Assembly (NCBI RefSeq): GCF_006345805.1
Contig: NC_043012.1
Span: 24,242,001 to 24,306,000 of the forward strand
DNA: 64,000 bases
Direction of reading: 5' to 3'
Source: Octopus sinensis
Lineage: Eukaryota
Shown here in pieces: positions 1 to 13,016 of the stretch. Position numbers and translations under genes: made by a program. Within the stretch, counting starts at the first letter, position 1. Every line of letters begins with the position of its first letter. Under the pieces are notes generated by a model. That model saw only the letters and a program-made list of their open reading frames with translations. It ran no database searches and was not told where the DNA came from.

Positions 1-585
1 TTGTATTCAACAGTCTCATTTAATGTCTTTTGTTGTAATTCTTCCTATATTTCTACTTATGTACCTACATAAGAGAGAGGCAGTGTGTGTGTGTGTCTAC
101 ATACAAAAATATAGATACATGTATCTATAAATATATTTGTGTAGATATATATATATATATATATATATAAATACATGTGTGTGTGTGTGTGTGTGTGTAT
201 ATATAAATAGATACATGTACAGAGATGTAAGTCCATACACACACACACACACAATGTGTGTCTTATGAACATAATCATATAGAGAGACTTTTACATACAT
301 TAAAAGTTCATTTATAAAACTCACACACTAAAAAAAAACAAAAAAAACTCATATTTATCTATGCACTTTTATACATACATACATACATAGCGACACATGT
401 GGGTGTATACATTATACATACACAAACATATTCAGAGATTTTTTTACATTACACATATGTGTTTATTGTTAAGTTTGATTTTATGATACGCAATAAAGTG
501 TCTATGATTACAGGTTTGGTTATTCTTTACATTCGTACACAGAGAAGTGTATAGAAGGTTTGCGAACATTTGCTTTGAATGTATG

Positions 586-616
<31 letters not shown>

Positions 617-1530
617 CTCCACACACATTGCATACAATCATATAGATGCACCAACACATACAAGCTTATACATCATTCCACACACCATCAAATTTAAACA
701 CATTTAATTGCGGGTATCAGTGATACATAGCTTCATTTAAAAATCACACACACACACATATATATATCCATAACATACACACTCTTAATTATAGATATAC
801 ATATATTTTTCTGTACACAGACAGTACAATTGAAACACATAAGTAGATAGTTATCTACTATCGTGTGTGTGTGTGTGTGTGTGTTTGTAATAGATAACTA
901 ACAACTAATGGTGCAAAAAGACTATACTTATCTGTCGCTCATTCTAATTTGCTTTCACACCATACTGACAAACCAAAACCTACAAAACCAACCTCACTCA
1001 CTCACTCTCCGATTGCTTCTTTTTAAAAGGAACCTTACATTAATGCATTTTAAGAGTAGAATAAAATGAAAATTAAAGCACCAATGAATTATTGCAGTGC
1101 AGCAGTGAAAGGATAAGGTAAGAGAAAGGTGTGGTGTGTGAGAGATAGAGCGAAGAAGGGGTAGAGGAAAGAAAGTGGTTGAAGAGGAGGAAATACTGTG
1201 ATTGTTCTTCAGAGTTGTTGTAAGTGTGAAACTGGAATTCAAATAAAATGACAGAATGATATATGGTGACTAGGAATGCCCTTTGTCTGCTGGAGGAACT
1301 GAAACAAAACAGATAACAATGATTTCTTACACAGGCATAAGGTCACAAATTTAGTGAAGATGCAGACGGGTGGGGAGTGGGTGGTGGAAATGGGGGAGGG
1401 GAGGGACGAAGACTGACCCCTCTCTTTCTCATCTTTGTTTACTCTCGCTGTCTGCCTGCAACTTTGCTTCCCAAATAACAGGCAACTACAGGTATGTCAA
1501 ATACCATACAACAAAAAGTTCTTCATTTAT

Positions 1531-1655
1531 TAATTCAATTCAATTTTTATTGGCTCAAAAAGCAAAAGCAAGGCCATGTAGGGGGACAGGGAGGGTGGTC
1601 ATACAAAGAGTTCAGGCCATTTCTGGTCAAGAGAGACTTTGAACCGAGCAGTCAA
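1531..1655 (-). mobile_element. Short 3'-end copy of the same CR1-type LINE
   Basis: gctcaaaaagcaaaagcaaggccatgtagggggaca...caaagagttcaggccattt is shared with 19546-19630. Confidence 0.65.
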
Positions 1656-3058
1656 ATTATCTCCAGATAATTAGTTATAGAGGATATTTTATAATTAACA
1701 AATAGTTAACTAAGACCAGAGCCACTTGAAAAGGGGACATTAATCTCAAGTTTCAAGTCTTCTCCAAAACTGACATGTCATCCAGGAAATGGACAAGCCA
1801 ATTGTTTGGAGATAAGAGGATAGTTGTGGATTTGTGTTTCTGGCTAAATAGCCTTCATCAGTACAACAATTGTTCAACCTTATCTCCAGTCTGACAACAT
1901 TAAGGACTGGACAGGGTCACAACACAGTGACCCTGAACAGATACCATCAGTGGTGATGGCACACTGCAAGTGTCCAGAGTTGAATCTGCACCAGCAAAGG
2001 GAATTTAATGACGATGGATCTCCAGTGGCCAAAGGACTTAGACATATACAAAACAGAATAGAAAATGGTCATGGCCTAGATTATTCATATAATTTAAACA
2101 AAAATGAGAAATAGCTAAAAATGGCCAGTGGCCAACCCTAGAGCCATTTGAACAGCAGAAGAGAGCAATTAGACAAAAGGTAGACATCAGCAATTTAACC
2201 CAGCCAGCATCTCTCTCCATTCATAACCATTAACAATTTATTTCTGATTCAGGCATTACCTTTTTTTTTTTTTTTTTACTCAAGTTCTTTGGATGGTGGC
2301 CATGCTGGGGCACTGATTTCAAATGTTTAGCAAAAAAAAAAAAAAAAAAAACTATCCCAGTACTATTATTCTATCAGTCTGTTTTGTTGAACTATGTTAC
2401 AGAGACAAATCAACAATGGTCAAGCACTGGGGGGGGGGGGACAAACAAAACACACCCACACACAATGTGCTTCCACATGGTTTCCATCAGCCAGATTCAC
2501 TCACAAGGCATTGATTTGGTCCAAGTTTTGGAGTAGAATTGACCATGGTGTCATGTAATGGGACTGAACCTGAAACCACATGGTCAAGAAGCAATGTCCT
2601 TAACCACAACCATGTCTGCACCTGTGAATAAATATAATACAGAGACCATATTTTTTTTTTACAAATATACACACTTTGTGCCAATAAGTTGAAAATAGTT
2701 TTTTTTTAAATTTAATTCATAAAATTGCCGAAGGAATCCTACCAATTTTTCAACACAAATAACAAAGAAGGAAGCAGAAAGGTTTTGTAAAATGATTTTA
2801 TTCTTCAAATGTTACAAGGATTTCCTTGAAACAACAAGTTTTAATGGAATTTAATCTTTTCAGTTGCCAACTTTTAACTTTCACCAAGAACAAAATAGAT
2901 ATGGAGGAAAAATCCAAAAGTAACCGTTCCATAGCATGAATGTCAAGGTTTTCCATCAAATATTTTCAATAATTTATTACAATATTTCAATTAAATTCTA
3001 GTTCAGAGACATAATTATTTGTATCATGTCTTTTTAAATTACAGCTACGATTGTTCTA

Positions 3059-3260
3059 ATTAGAAGATCTTGTCATCAAGTTGAGTCACCTGGTAGGAGA
3101 TCCAGAGGCAGACAGAACGAGATGGTTGGTTAATATTCGCAGTCTTAGTCACACTTGGGAATTCAGCCTGAAAGTCTAATAATGGTTGCTTCTGAAAGAA
3201 CCCTATAGACGAGGTGCTTGACAGCTTTAGCTTCATGACCCTTCCAGGAATCGTGGGTGG
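3059..3260 (+). mobile_element. Decayed RTE-clade LINE C-terminal fragment (second subfamily)
   Basis: Frameshifted LEDLVIK...PGRRSRGRQ/TRWLVNI matches the GxRxRGRPRxRWxD motif; homologous to 20780-20945. Confidence 0.6.
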
Positions 3261-4285
3261 AGAATATAGGTGGATTATTCATTTTTACTCACATATAAGT
3301 GGTACTCCTGTTTAGTGTTAAATCTTGATACAAAATTTTTTCCTTTCAGTTTTAGGTTTGTCCAATATGAACAAATAAATATAGTCCTTGACAAAGATTA
3401 CAAAGCTGGTTTCTTTACCAGCTGAGACATTTCACTATATATATATATATATATATATATACATACATACAAACACAGAGTTTCACAAATGCTCAAGGCA
3501 ACTAATGAATGCTTTAATGCTTCAAAGCGCTGTTCCCCAAAATCATTGCACGTCTACGTCAATCAGAGTATTATATCTTCCTAAACAAGGTATTAAGATA
3601 ATCTCTTACCAAAAGCTTAACATCTATTACTTAAAAATCACAAAGTATCATTTATTAGAATGGCTGTGACAAGTATACCAAACAAGAATTAAGCATCTTC
3701 ATTTTAACATCTACTTCTCCATGCTGGCATGGGTCAGATGGAATTCTGCTGAGGTAGGTTTTTCTACAGTCTTATACTCTTTCTGGTTTCCACCCTCACC
3801 TGTTTCCATGGTAAACTGGGAAGGAAGGACACCATTTGCATGGCAAAGCCACAGTGGTAGTAACACAAACTCACACATATGCACAATGATTTCTTTTGGT
3901 TTTTGTCAACCAAATCCCCTAACAAAACTTTGTTTAGTCCAGGACTAGTGCAGAAGACACTTGCGCAAGGTGCCACACAGCAGGACTGAACCCCCAAACC
4001 ATGTGGTGGGGGAGCAAGCTTCATAACTACATAGCTACAAATAGTCACAAAATTATTAATTCAGACACAGCATATCCAAAATACTGGAACAGGAGATTAT
4101 TCTGAAGGACTTTTAGCACTCAAATTACTTTGTTTTGAATTAATTAGCCATTATTTTGTAGCTTTGAGATTTCAATGTGATTGATTATTTTTAGAATGAC
4201 ATTGCCGAGTAGGTGTGAAAGGCCAGACCTGGCTGGTTTTATCATAAAAGTGGTAGAATATTTGAGCCAGATATAACCTGTTTAA

Positions 4286-4494
4286 CACTTTAGCATTCAG
4301 ATTATTCTATCAAACATAATGCCTATTGATTCCCATTGATTTGAATTAATTATGCATTATCTCATATCTTCAAGATCTTGATGGTGTAATTACTTAATGT
4401 AGAATAACATTGTAGGGTAGGTGTGAGAGCCTGGATCTGGTCAGTTTGTACATAAAACAGATTAACCATTTTGGCCAGTTTAAATACTAAAGGG
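4286..4494. mobile_element. piggyBac-type MITE (TTAA-CCCTTTAGCATT...AAT(G/A)CTAAAGGG-TTAA)
   Basis: TIR and TTAA flanks; at least seven copies in the window (~4109-4285, 4951-5370, 12612-12810, 18205-18378, 19193-19386, 27060-27249). Confidence 0.8.
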
Positions 4495-4950
4495 TTAAAA
4501 CAGTTGATCTCAGCTCTCTAAATTTTCAAAATCCCTACATCATTATGTGTGTGTGTGACCTAATTATATTTTGATTTAGTATTCAGAACATTCCTGGGGT
4601 GTTTTTGTCAGGTTTTTGAATAAGCATTTGATTTCCAGTTCTATCTATTTGGCTATTGTTGTTAACATACTTAAACGCTAGAACACACACTGTTCCTATT
4701 TTCTTGCTATTTAACCCAAGGTTGGCCATTATTATACAGACTTACAAAGACAAGCCATTTCTTATCACAAATTCTTCTTTCAAGGCTGTAAGGGTGTGGT
4801 TGATGGAGGTTTGGCTGTTTCTAAGAGGTCAAACAACTGCACTAAAACTTCCAACTTTGGTTCACCATTCTATTGGAGATTGAATTTCCAAAAACAATTT
4901 TATTTTGTAATGTCTCTGAGGGAGAAACATTGACACAGATTTCATATTAA

Positions 4951-5370
4951 CCCTTTGGCATTTAACCTAACTATAATCAGTCAATATATTTTATGTTCAA
5001 ATTGGCCAGATCCAGCCTCTTACACCTACCCTACAATGTTATTCTAAATATAGACCATTACCATTTTAAAATCTCAAAGCTACAAGACATTTCATGATTA
5101 ATTTAACCCTTTGGCATTGAGACTACTCTGCCAAGTGCTTGTTTAATCACATAGTTTTGAATTAATCATGTATTGCTTTGTAGCTTTGAGATCTCGATAT
5201 TATTTATTTTTAGAATGACATTGTAGGGTAGGTGTGAAAGACCAGACTTAACCAGTTTGAACACACAACAGAAAGAATATTTACACCAGATATTGCTGGT
5301 TTAAATGCAAATGGATGTGAATAAATAATCAGCATTAGATTTGACAGGGTAATCTGAACGCTAATAGGTC
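4951..5370. mobile_element. piggyBac-type MITE with a second copy nested in the opposite orientation at an internal TTAA (~5102)
   Basis: The outer copy stops at gattaatTTAA, the inner copy runs ~5106-5315, and the outer copy resumes at atgtgaataaataa...ctgaacgctaatagg. Confidence 0.7.
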
Positions 5371-5517
5371 AGATGGACACAATTCACTCAGAATGAAGGT
5401 GAACGATTTCACTCCATGCCCTTCAAGAGACTGGCAGAGTGATTAATATACAATCTCATTCATTCTTCTCCCCTGTAAATTTGCAGCTTTGTGACTAACA
5501 AGCTTATTATTATTATT

Positions 5518-6063
5518 GAATGAGAGAGCAGTGCATGCCATTAAAGTGATACTGGGGTACAAATAATCAAAGCTCAATAAACTCACCATACTACCCATCT
5601 GATAAGAGTACACCAGGCACATGCATCACAAACATATGTGTGCGACATGGTGATCTCATATCAAGATAAGCAATGCATGACCTAGCAGGTGGGGCCCAGT
5701 AAGAATTTCCTTCAGGTCAAGTAGCCCATCCTGCTCGTCCATGACTAAAGGTTCTTTAATGATGTTGAACAAAACACCCATGTTTCCAGAGGTGAATTAT
5801 GCAAATTCCAAAGAATTTCTCTCAGCACATGGCTATGATGCGTCCCCACTATTTCTGCTCATGATCAGAGATATACATATTGTTAGCCACTAAGGGACAT
5901 GCTAAACTGGTTAAGGTTAAATAACTGACAAGCAAATCTGTGGCATTGAGCAGAATATTTGCTGTAGCCCATCTTTTATACCAAGACAAAACATGTATAT
6001 AACACTTCGAATCAGTTAAGATCAGAAGCCATGAGAACCGGTGCCTGGTATTGCATCAGGGCA

Positions 6064-6064
<1 letters not shown>
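5518..6064 (-). mobile_element. Probable interspersed repeat embedded between two (TTA)n/(TAA)n tracts
   Basis: A non-coding 547-bp block bracketed by ttattattattatt (5504-5517) and a longer (tta)n (6065-6093). It is single-copy in this window, so its repeat status is inferred. Confidence 0.4.
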
Positions 6065-6094
<30 letters not shown>

Positions 6095-8928
6095 GTGCTA
6101 TTACTATAATCCTGTCAAAAAGGGAATGTGCAAGTGAGACATCTAACTCTAGAAGGAGACGATTTGGCACAGCTGACAGGATATTCAACTGGTTTTGTCA
6201 AAATTATGTTCTAGTGCTAGAGGCAAATACAGAGAGAGTTAAAGAGAGACACAACACATTACACATACAATTATAACTGGATGCTCACACACGAACAGAG
6301 AGAGAGAATAGAGAAATGTGAGAAACATTACAATGGTCGATGCCATATAAGTTTTCAATCAGCAGTGCCTTAACAACCGTGCCAGGCTGTCTCATACTCC
6401 TCTGACTTCAAATAAGGACTGACTCTGACAATCTGTCCAACCCATACCAGCATGGAAAATGGATATAAGATGGTGATCATCTCCCAAAAACAGACAGTTG
6501 GGATGAAGTGAAGTAAAGCTGGAGAAATTATTATATGGCACATCGACCCACCAATTATAGTGACACCATTGGAAAATACTTTAATATCAAGGCTACTTCC
6601 ATATATATTTACTTCTATAACCTACATGTCTATTTTGCTATCAATAGATTCATAATATTTTCTACAAATCCAGAATCCCATAGTCATGGAAACAGAAGTA
6701 AACATCTAAAGTAAGACATTGACACCTAATTAGCTAAGGATTTTCTCAAGGTCTTTTCCACAGTTTGTTATTTTACCAACCAGCTGTTGGCTAAGAAAGA
6801 ATGGGAGCCTGCACACACACACACACACATTTCAATAGCTACCCAAATGCCCTTTCAGTTGCCAGCCTTCACCTGCTTCTCCAGAAGACTGGAAACAAAG
6901 AAGACCACACACACACACACACATACAGGGCTTCCACACAGTTTCCATTAACCAAACTGATCAGTCTGGGGATATCATGAAGAAAAAAATATATTTCTCA
7001 AGTGCCACACACTGGGGTTGAGCCATGAAACCACACAATTGCAAAGCAGGCTTCTTAACCACAGAGCCATGCCTGCACCTACATAAAAACAACAACATCC
7101 AATATCACAATTATTGAAGAAACTAATATCTTACTCCCCACTTTGCTTCATGTCTACTGAAGCTCTTTCACAACCATACGGTGTGTATTCCATGCAAATC
7201 CTAGCAAGCAGCTAAAATGATTGACATCTGGAAAGGCATCCAACCATAAAACAGTCTCAAAATGTCCTGTTCAACCCATGCCAGCATGGAAAAGCAAATA
7301 CAAAAATGATTTCACTACTATTCTAAAAGCTTATGACATCATAGAGTTGAAAAATGTCTTTACTAAGGATCCTGAGATTGTCAAGTTGGGCTGCAAAGAA
7401 TCTTGTATATTTGCATTCTCCAGACAAACCAGGCAACAGAGTAGGCAGATTGTTGTTCCTCACTGGAAAATTGGGACAAGGGTGAATGGATCTTAAGAAG
7501 TCGGGCCACAAAAGCTGTCAGGAAACAAGAAAGAAAATGGCCTGCCGAAAAATGTTGTGCCACAGATTGCAAACTTGTTCGATTCAATGTCAGGGTTAGC
7601 AAAAAGAAAAAAAGACCTTAAATAATAAAAATAGGGGATGATGGAAATAATTAGTTCCATTGCTTCTAATGAAGCCATAGAGTGATAATGGCACTGATAA
7701 AACAGTCATTAGGTTAATGATGCAATAATCCAAATTCTTCATCGGATAATCCACTGATATTGTTTATAATAATAATAATAATAAAAAAACAAACAACTCA
7801 GGGTGCAAATATTAGTTTATATTTTTTGTTTGTGTTTTTTTTAAGTGTTTTGTTTATTTTGCTTTTGTTTTAATGTTTCCAAAAAAAAAAAAAAAAATCT
7901 TCCGATTTCTTTGTCAGCAGATCCGACTGAGTAACAAAGAAAGCGCCGTTGATTAATTCCACTTCTGGTCTTTCAGTTATGTCCCTATTCCAAAAGAGAG
8001 AGAGAGCACCAACCAATCTCTCTTTCTCAAAGAGTCTTCGGCAAGATTCCTTTACAATCACCTGAATTAAGAACAGACCAGGTTATAGAACAGTGTAGCA
8101 GAGCAGCAGCTACAATTCTCTCGAAAAATAAGCAAGGCACAACAACATTTCACATGTGTCTACCATGCACAGACACATACATATACACAGACACACCACA
8201 AAATGGTTGAGCATAATGTAAACAACTGCAGATATAAAATTAGAGACACAAAAATGTATGCAGAGAATACACACACACAAATACATACATACATACATAC
8301 ATATATACACACACATATATATATATATATATAGCAATATATGACTTTCATGAAGTGCATGACAACTAAACTAATTAGTGAGTTTGACTAATGAGTTTTT
8401 CTCATTATTTGCAAATATCAAATGGAATGTATCTTAGTCTAGCACACACACACACACACAGAATGTTGTCACACATTAAAAGATTACATGTTAAAATATT
8501 AGTAAGAAACACTAGTTAATCATTGTGTACTTAGAAGAATTACTAAAAGTAAATAAAAGAAGCTAGCTAAAAATCAACTAAAAATCTCAATATTTCAATA
8601 TGTCGTTTTCACAAATACACACACACACACACACACAAGCCTGCAATTTTTCTTTCATATTTACAAATGTCAGAATATACAGCAATGCTCTTCTTTACAA
8701 AAAAGAAGTTCATAAAATTAACCAATAGTACAGTGATTATGCAAAGGATAAAAATAATAAATATAGATCTGCAAGTGCTTACTAGTGCAGTGGAATGGAC
8801 ATTAAGTTTGGCTGTGAAGATAGGAACCTCGTGGCCATAAATAGTGAAGTTATCAATGGCATTGCATTCTTTGTGTTCTAAAAAGACACAGTAAATGCTT
8901 ATTCAAGATATTATATATATATATATAT

Positions 8929-9127
8929 GTCGACCTCGTGAGACCACTTGCATTTTTTTCCCTTCTGTCCTCCCACCTCGGGATCTTTCTTTCTTTCTCC
9001 TATGTTTCCGACGAAGAGCTCCGCTCGAAACGTCATACTTCCCTTTTTCCCTGAGCGCCTAATAATACTTTAATTGTTCCACCTCCTTGCGTTGTTGTCT
9101 TTTTTGTTTTCTGTTTGGATTAACTTT
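8929..9127 (+). mobile_element. Penelope-like element terminal-repeat fragment carrying a minimal hammerhead-ribozyme-like motif (9008-9034), flanked on both sides by (TA)n
   Basis: CCGACGA-A-GAGC-TCC-GCTC-GAAAC-GTC matches the minimal type I hammerhead layout known from Penelope-like elements; the core has C in place of the canonical U4. Confidence 0.6.
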
Positions 9128-9130
9128 ATA

Positions 9131-9161
<31 letters not shown>

Positions 9162-9314
9162 GCAGATATTTTAGTAATTTATTTATTATTATTAAATATA
9201 ATAATATAAATTATTGACACGCTTTTAAGTTATGAAACAATTTGTTAGGATATTTGAATTTTTTTATAGTTAAATAAAATTTCAAAGTATTTCTGTCATT
9301 TATGACTTTTTGCT

Positions 9315-9665
9315 TCCCAACCTCACGGCTTTGGGATCAGTCCCATTGTGTGGAACCTTGAGAAAGTGTCTTCTACTAAAGCCCCAGGCTGACTTGAGTT
9401 TTGTGAGTAGATTTGGTAGATGGAAACTGAAAGAAGCCCATTGCATATATGTGGGTTTGTGTTCCTCCACTACCACCACTTGACAACTATTGTTGTTTTT
9501 TTTTTTTTATCCCAGTAACTTAGCAGTTGGCCAAAAGAGACTGATAGAATAAGTATCAGACTTCATAAAAAATTATTTTAAAAAAGTATGGGAGTTGATT
9601 TGTTTAACTAAGGAAGTGATGCTCCAGCATGGCCAGAGTCCAATGATTGAAACAAGTAAAAAGAG
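9315..9665 (+). mobile_element. Old SINE family A copy, representative of many decayed copies
   Basis: Same motifs with CpG-to-TpG/CpA decay. Other copies at ~2280-2622(-), 3820-4036(-), 6820-7080(-), 11553-11820(+), 12310-12600(-), 14600-14880(+), 21700-21900(-) and 22433-22700(+). Confidence 0.75.
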
Positions 9666-10520
9666 AAATACCATATCATCCCTAATCTGTGATAAGTCAG
9701 TCTCCCAGTGGTTCCTTAGATAAAGCAAACAAGAAGGACATTTTTTTATCATAAATGGGAGCAGCCTTTATTATCTCAATATAGAACTGCAACAATTTAT
9801 GGCCAGCATAATGAGATTGTTGGCAAAGAAGAAATCAAATAATACTGATTTTCATGACCTCGGACAGCCTGGTAGTTTTTAAGAATTTGTATCAACGATT
9901 GGTAGCTACTAGCTGCTGAGACTCTGCCAATCCAGCAAAGATCCAGACAAATCAAAAATCTCTAGTCTCTTAAACTCCAACCCGCCCCACCTTCTCGCAA
10001 GAAGACTCGTATTGCAGTAAATACAAGCCAAAAGGATTATACTGACATCTGAACCAATTCTGGTATTTAATCTGATGAAATGCTAGTGAATTAGGATGCA
10101 GCCAAATGTTTGAAAGCAAAACCTGGTTGGTATCAGGGTGCAGGTATGGGGTTACACTATTGAAAAGTTTACTTCACAAACATATGCTTTCACCTTAGGC
10201 AAGTTCCTTTTACTAAAACTCAAAGCTAACTAGAGTGTTCCGTGAATTTGGTAGACAGAAATTGAAAGAAACCTGTGTGTGTGCGCACGCATGTGTGTCT
10301 CTGTATCTTGACATCCTGTGATATTCATAAATGAGTATCACTATCTTCCCAAGCAACAACATTCCTTTGATATTCAGCAAAAACATGTCTGGCCATGGGG
10401 AAATATTAAACTTGTTTGGAAACAAGCGAGAGTTGGCGACAGGATGGGCATCCAGCCTTAGAAAGTTCGCCTCAAATTCTGTCTGACTCAAGCATGAAAA
10501 GAGGACATTAAGACAATGAT

Positions 10521-10812
10521 AGCATGGGTTGGACAGTTCGACTGGGATCTGGGAAGCCAGAAGGCTGCACCAGGCTCCAGTCTGATCTGGCAGTGTTTCT
10601 ACAGCTGGATGCCCTTCCTAACGCCAACCACTCCGTGAGTGCAGTGGGTGCTTTTTACGTGCCACCGGCACAGGTGCCAGACGGGGCTGGCAACGGCCAC
10701 GATCGGATGGTGCTTTTTATGTGCCACCGGCACGGGGGCACTGGCAACGGCTACGTTCGGATGGTTCTCTTACGTACCACGGACACTGGTATCACAGCTG
10801 CAATTTCCATTG
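10521..10812 (-). mobile_element. RTE-LINE 3'UTR-type copy with internal ~58-nt tandem units
   Basis: Reverse complement of the same 3'UTR. Older copies lie at ~6370-6480(+), 7150-7300(+), 12107-12290(-), 15133-15300(+), 23352-23530(-) and 44101-44133(-). Confidence 0.8.
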
Positions 10813-12811
10813 ATGTTGATCGATTTCGATTTTGGATTTGTGAATGTATCAGCATAACATTTGACAGAAAAATCTGAATGCAAAAAGGTTAAAGCAAAAT
10901 CAGCCAAATTTGTGTGAAGGGACAAACACACATGCTATCTTCTTTGGCAGCAAAAAGCAAAAGGAAAATAATGATTCTAGGTCACTGGAATGCTGTCATG
11001 TGCACCAGACTCCTTCAGAACAGATTCATCTAAGTTCTACTGTGTGTGTGAACACATACAAACACACATTCCTCATTAAGTCATTAGTACATGTATGTGT
11101 ATGTATGTCTCATACAAACAACCAGGAAAATTATAATTTATAATTCTTAAAAAGCCCAACCACTAAGTATGACTAGAGCAGTTTATTAGTATCCAGTTAT
11201 CAAATTTATTTGAGAAAAATCACAGTTTTGATGCCGAGCCAAACCTAGTAAACAAGTCAGATAATTTAGTGTTTTATCACCTTAATTGATCTTGAAGGTA
11301 TCTGTGCCAGCAACACCAACTCAAAATCTCACTACCGAACATCTTTTGCAGAGAAGGAATTTAAAACAAGTTATGTCAAAAGGTGGAACAATAAATTGGC
11401 TAGTAAAACAAAAAGGGAAAATATTTATTTCTGCAGAAGTCCAATCTAACCTCACATTATATAAATATAAATAATTTTATACATGCATATATAAATACAG
11501 ACAGATATACACTTAGAAATAGAATAATAATAAAAAAAAAAAAAAAAGGCAGATAAGTGGTTAAGAGGGTTGCTTTACAACCGTGTCGTTTCATGTTCAG
11601 TCCCAATGTGCAACACCTTGGGCAAGGGTCATTTACTACAGCCTTGGACCAGCCAACTCCCAGTGAGTGAATTCAATAGATAGAAACTGTGTAGAAGCCT
11701 GTGTGTGTATGCACTTGCCCCCCCCCCCCATACCGCCTGACAACCGGTGTTGGTTTGTTTATATTGCATCAACTTAGTAGTTTGGCAAAAGAGACCAACA
11801 GAAGTCCCATACTTAAAAGTCGTGGTGGGGTGGAGGTAATTTGAGTAAACTCTTGAAGGCGAAAATGTCCCAGCAGAGAGAGCCATGGTTGGAACCATTA
11901 GAAAGTAAAAAGTAGTTTAATCAATGGAGAAGCCAGATATAGAAAGACGAAAACAAAAAGGACGACGGTGATGTGAAACATTATACACACCTTTGCTACT
12001 TGGGATTTTCTACATTCTACACCCAAAGTGTAGAATGTATATACATACACAAACTGAACAGTAATGGAATGAAGCATCGGTTTTGCACAAACATATGATG
12101 AGATATCACCATCATCACTTAACATCTTCCTTCCATGCTGGCATGGGTGGGATGGTTTGACAAGAGCTGGCCAGGCAGGAGCCTGCACTGGACTTCCTGG
12201 AACTGTTTTGGCAGGATTTTTACAGGATTTTTACAGCTGGATGCCCTTCCAAACACCAACCACCCCACAGTGTGGACTGGGTACTTTCAAGTGCATTGAC
12301 AGGGTCACCAAGACAAAAAAGAATCATTGGACTGAGGCCATGCTGGGGCATCCCCTTGAAGGCCAAACAAATTGGCCTCAGTATCTATTTATAAACCTGG
12401 TACTTAATCCAGCAGTCTCTTTTACTGGATTGCTAAGTTGGGGGAATGTAAACAAACACACACCGGTTGCCAAGTGGTGATAGAGAACATAAACAAAAAT
12501 ATACATATGGAACAGGCTTTGATACTTTCTCCACCTACCTTGCTCAGGGACCCAAGTCCAAGGACTAAAACAGATCTCTCTCTTTCACAACTTATTTTTA
12601 TCAACTATTAGCCCTTTAGTATTTTAACTGGCCATAATCTAGCCCCAAATATTTGACCTGTTTTATGTTCAAACTGACCAGATCCAGCCTCTCACACTTA
12701 CCCCTCAATGTCATTCTAATACAAACACATCACTGAAATCTCAAAGCTATGAGATAATGCAGGATTGAATCAGGACAATGTAAATAAATAAGGATTACAT
12801 GTGACAGACTC

Positions 12812-12970
12812 GGAGTGGCTGTGTGGTAAGTAACTTGCTAACCAACCACATGGTTCCGGGTTCAGTCCCACTGCGTGGCATCTTGGGCAAGAGTCTTCTG
12901 CTATAGCCCCGGGCCGACCAATGCCTTGTGAGTGGATTTGGTAGACGGAAACTGAAAGAAGCCTGTCGTA

Positions 12971-13016
<46 letters not shown>

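Noticed and set aside
12812-12880. tRNA-like sequences here and at 14378, 22003, 25553 and 44400-44468
   Set aside because: They have A and B boxes but no complete cloverleaf, and each continues into a repeat body and tail, so they are SINE heads, not tRNA genes.
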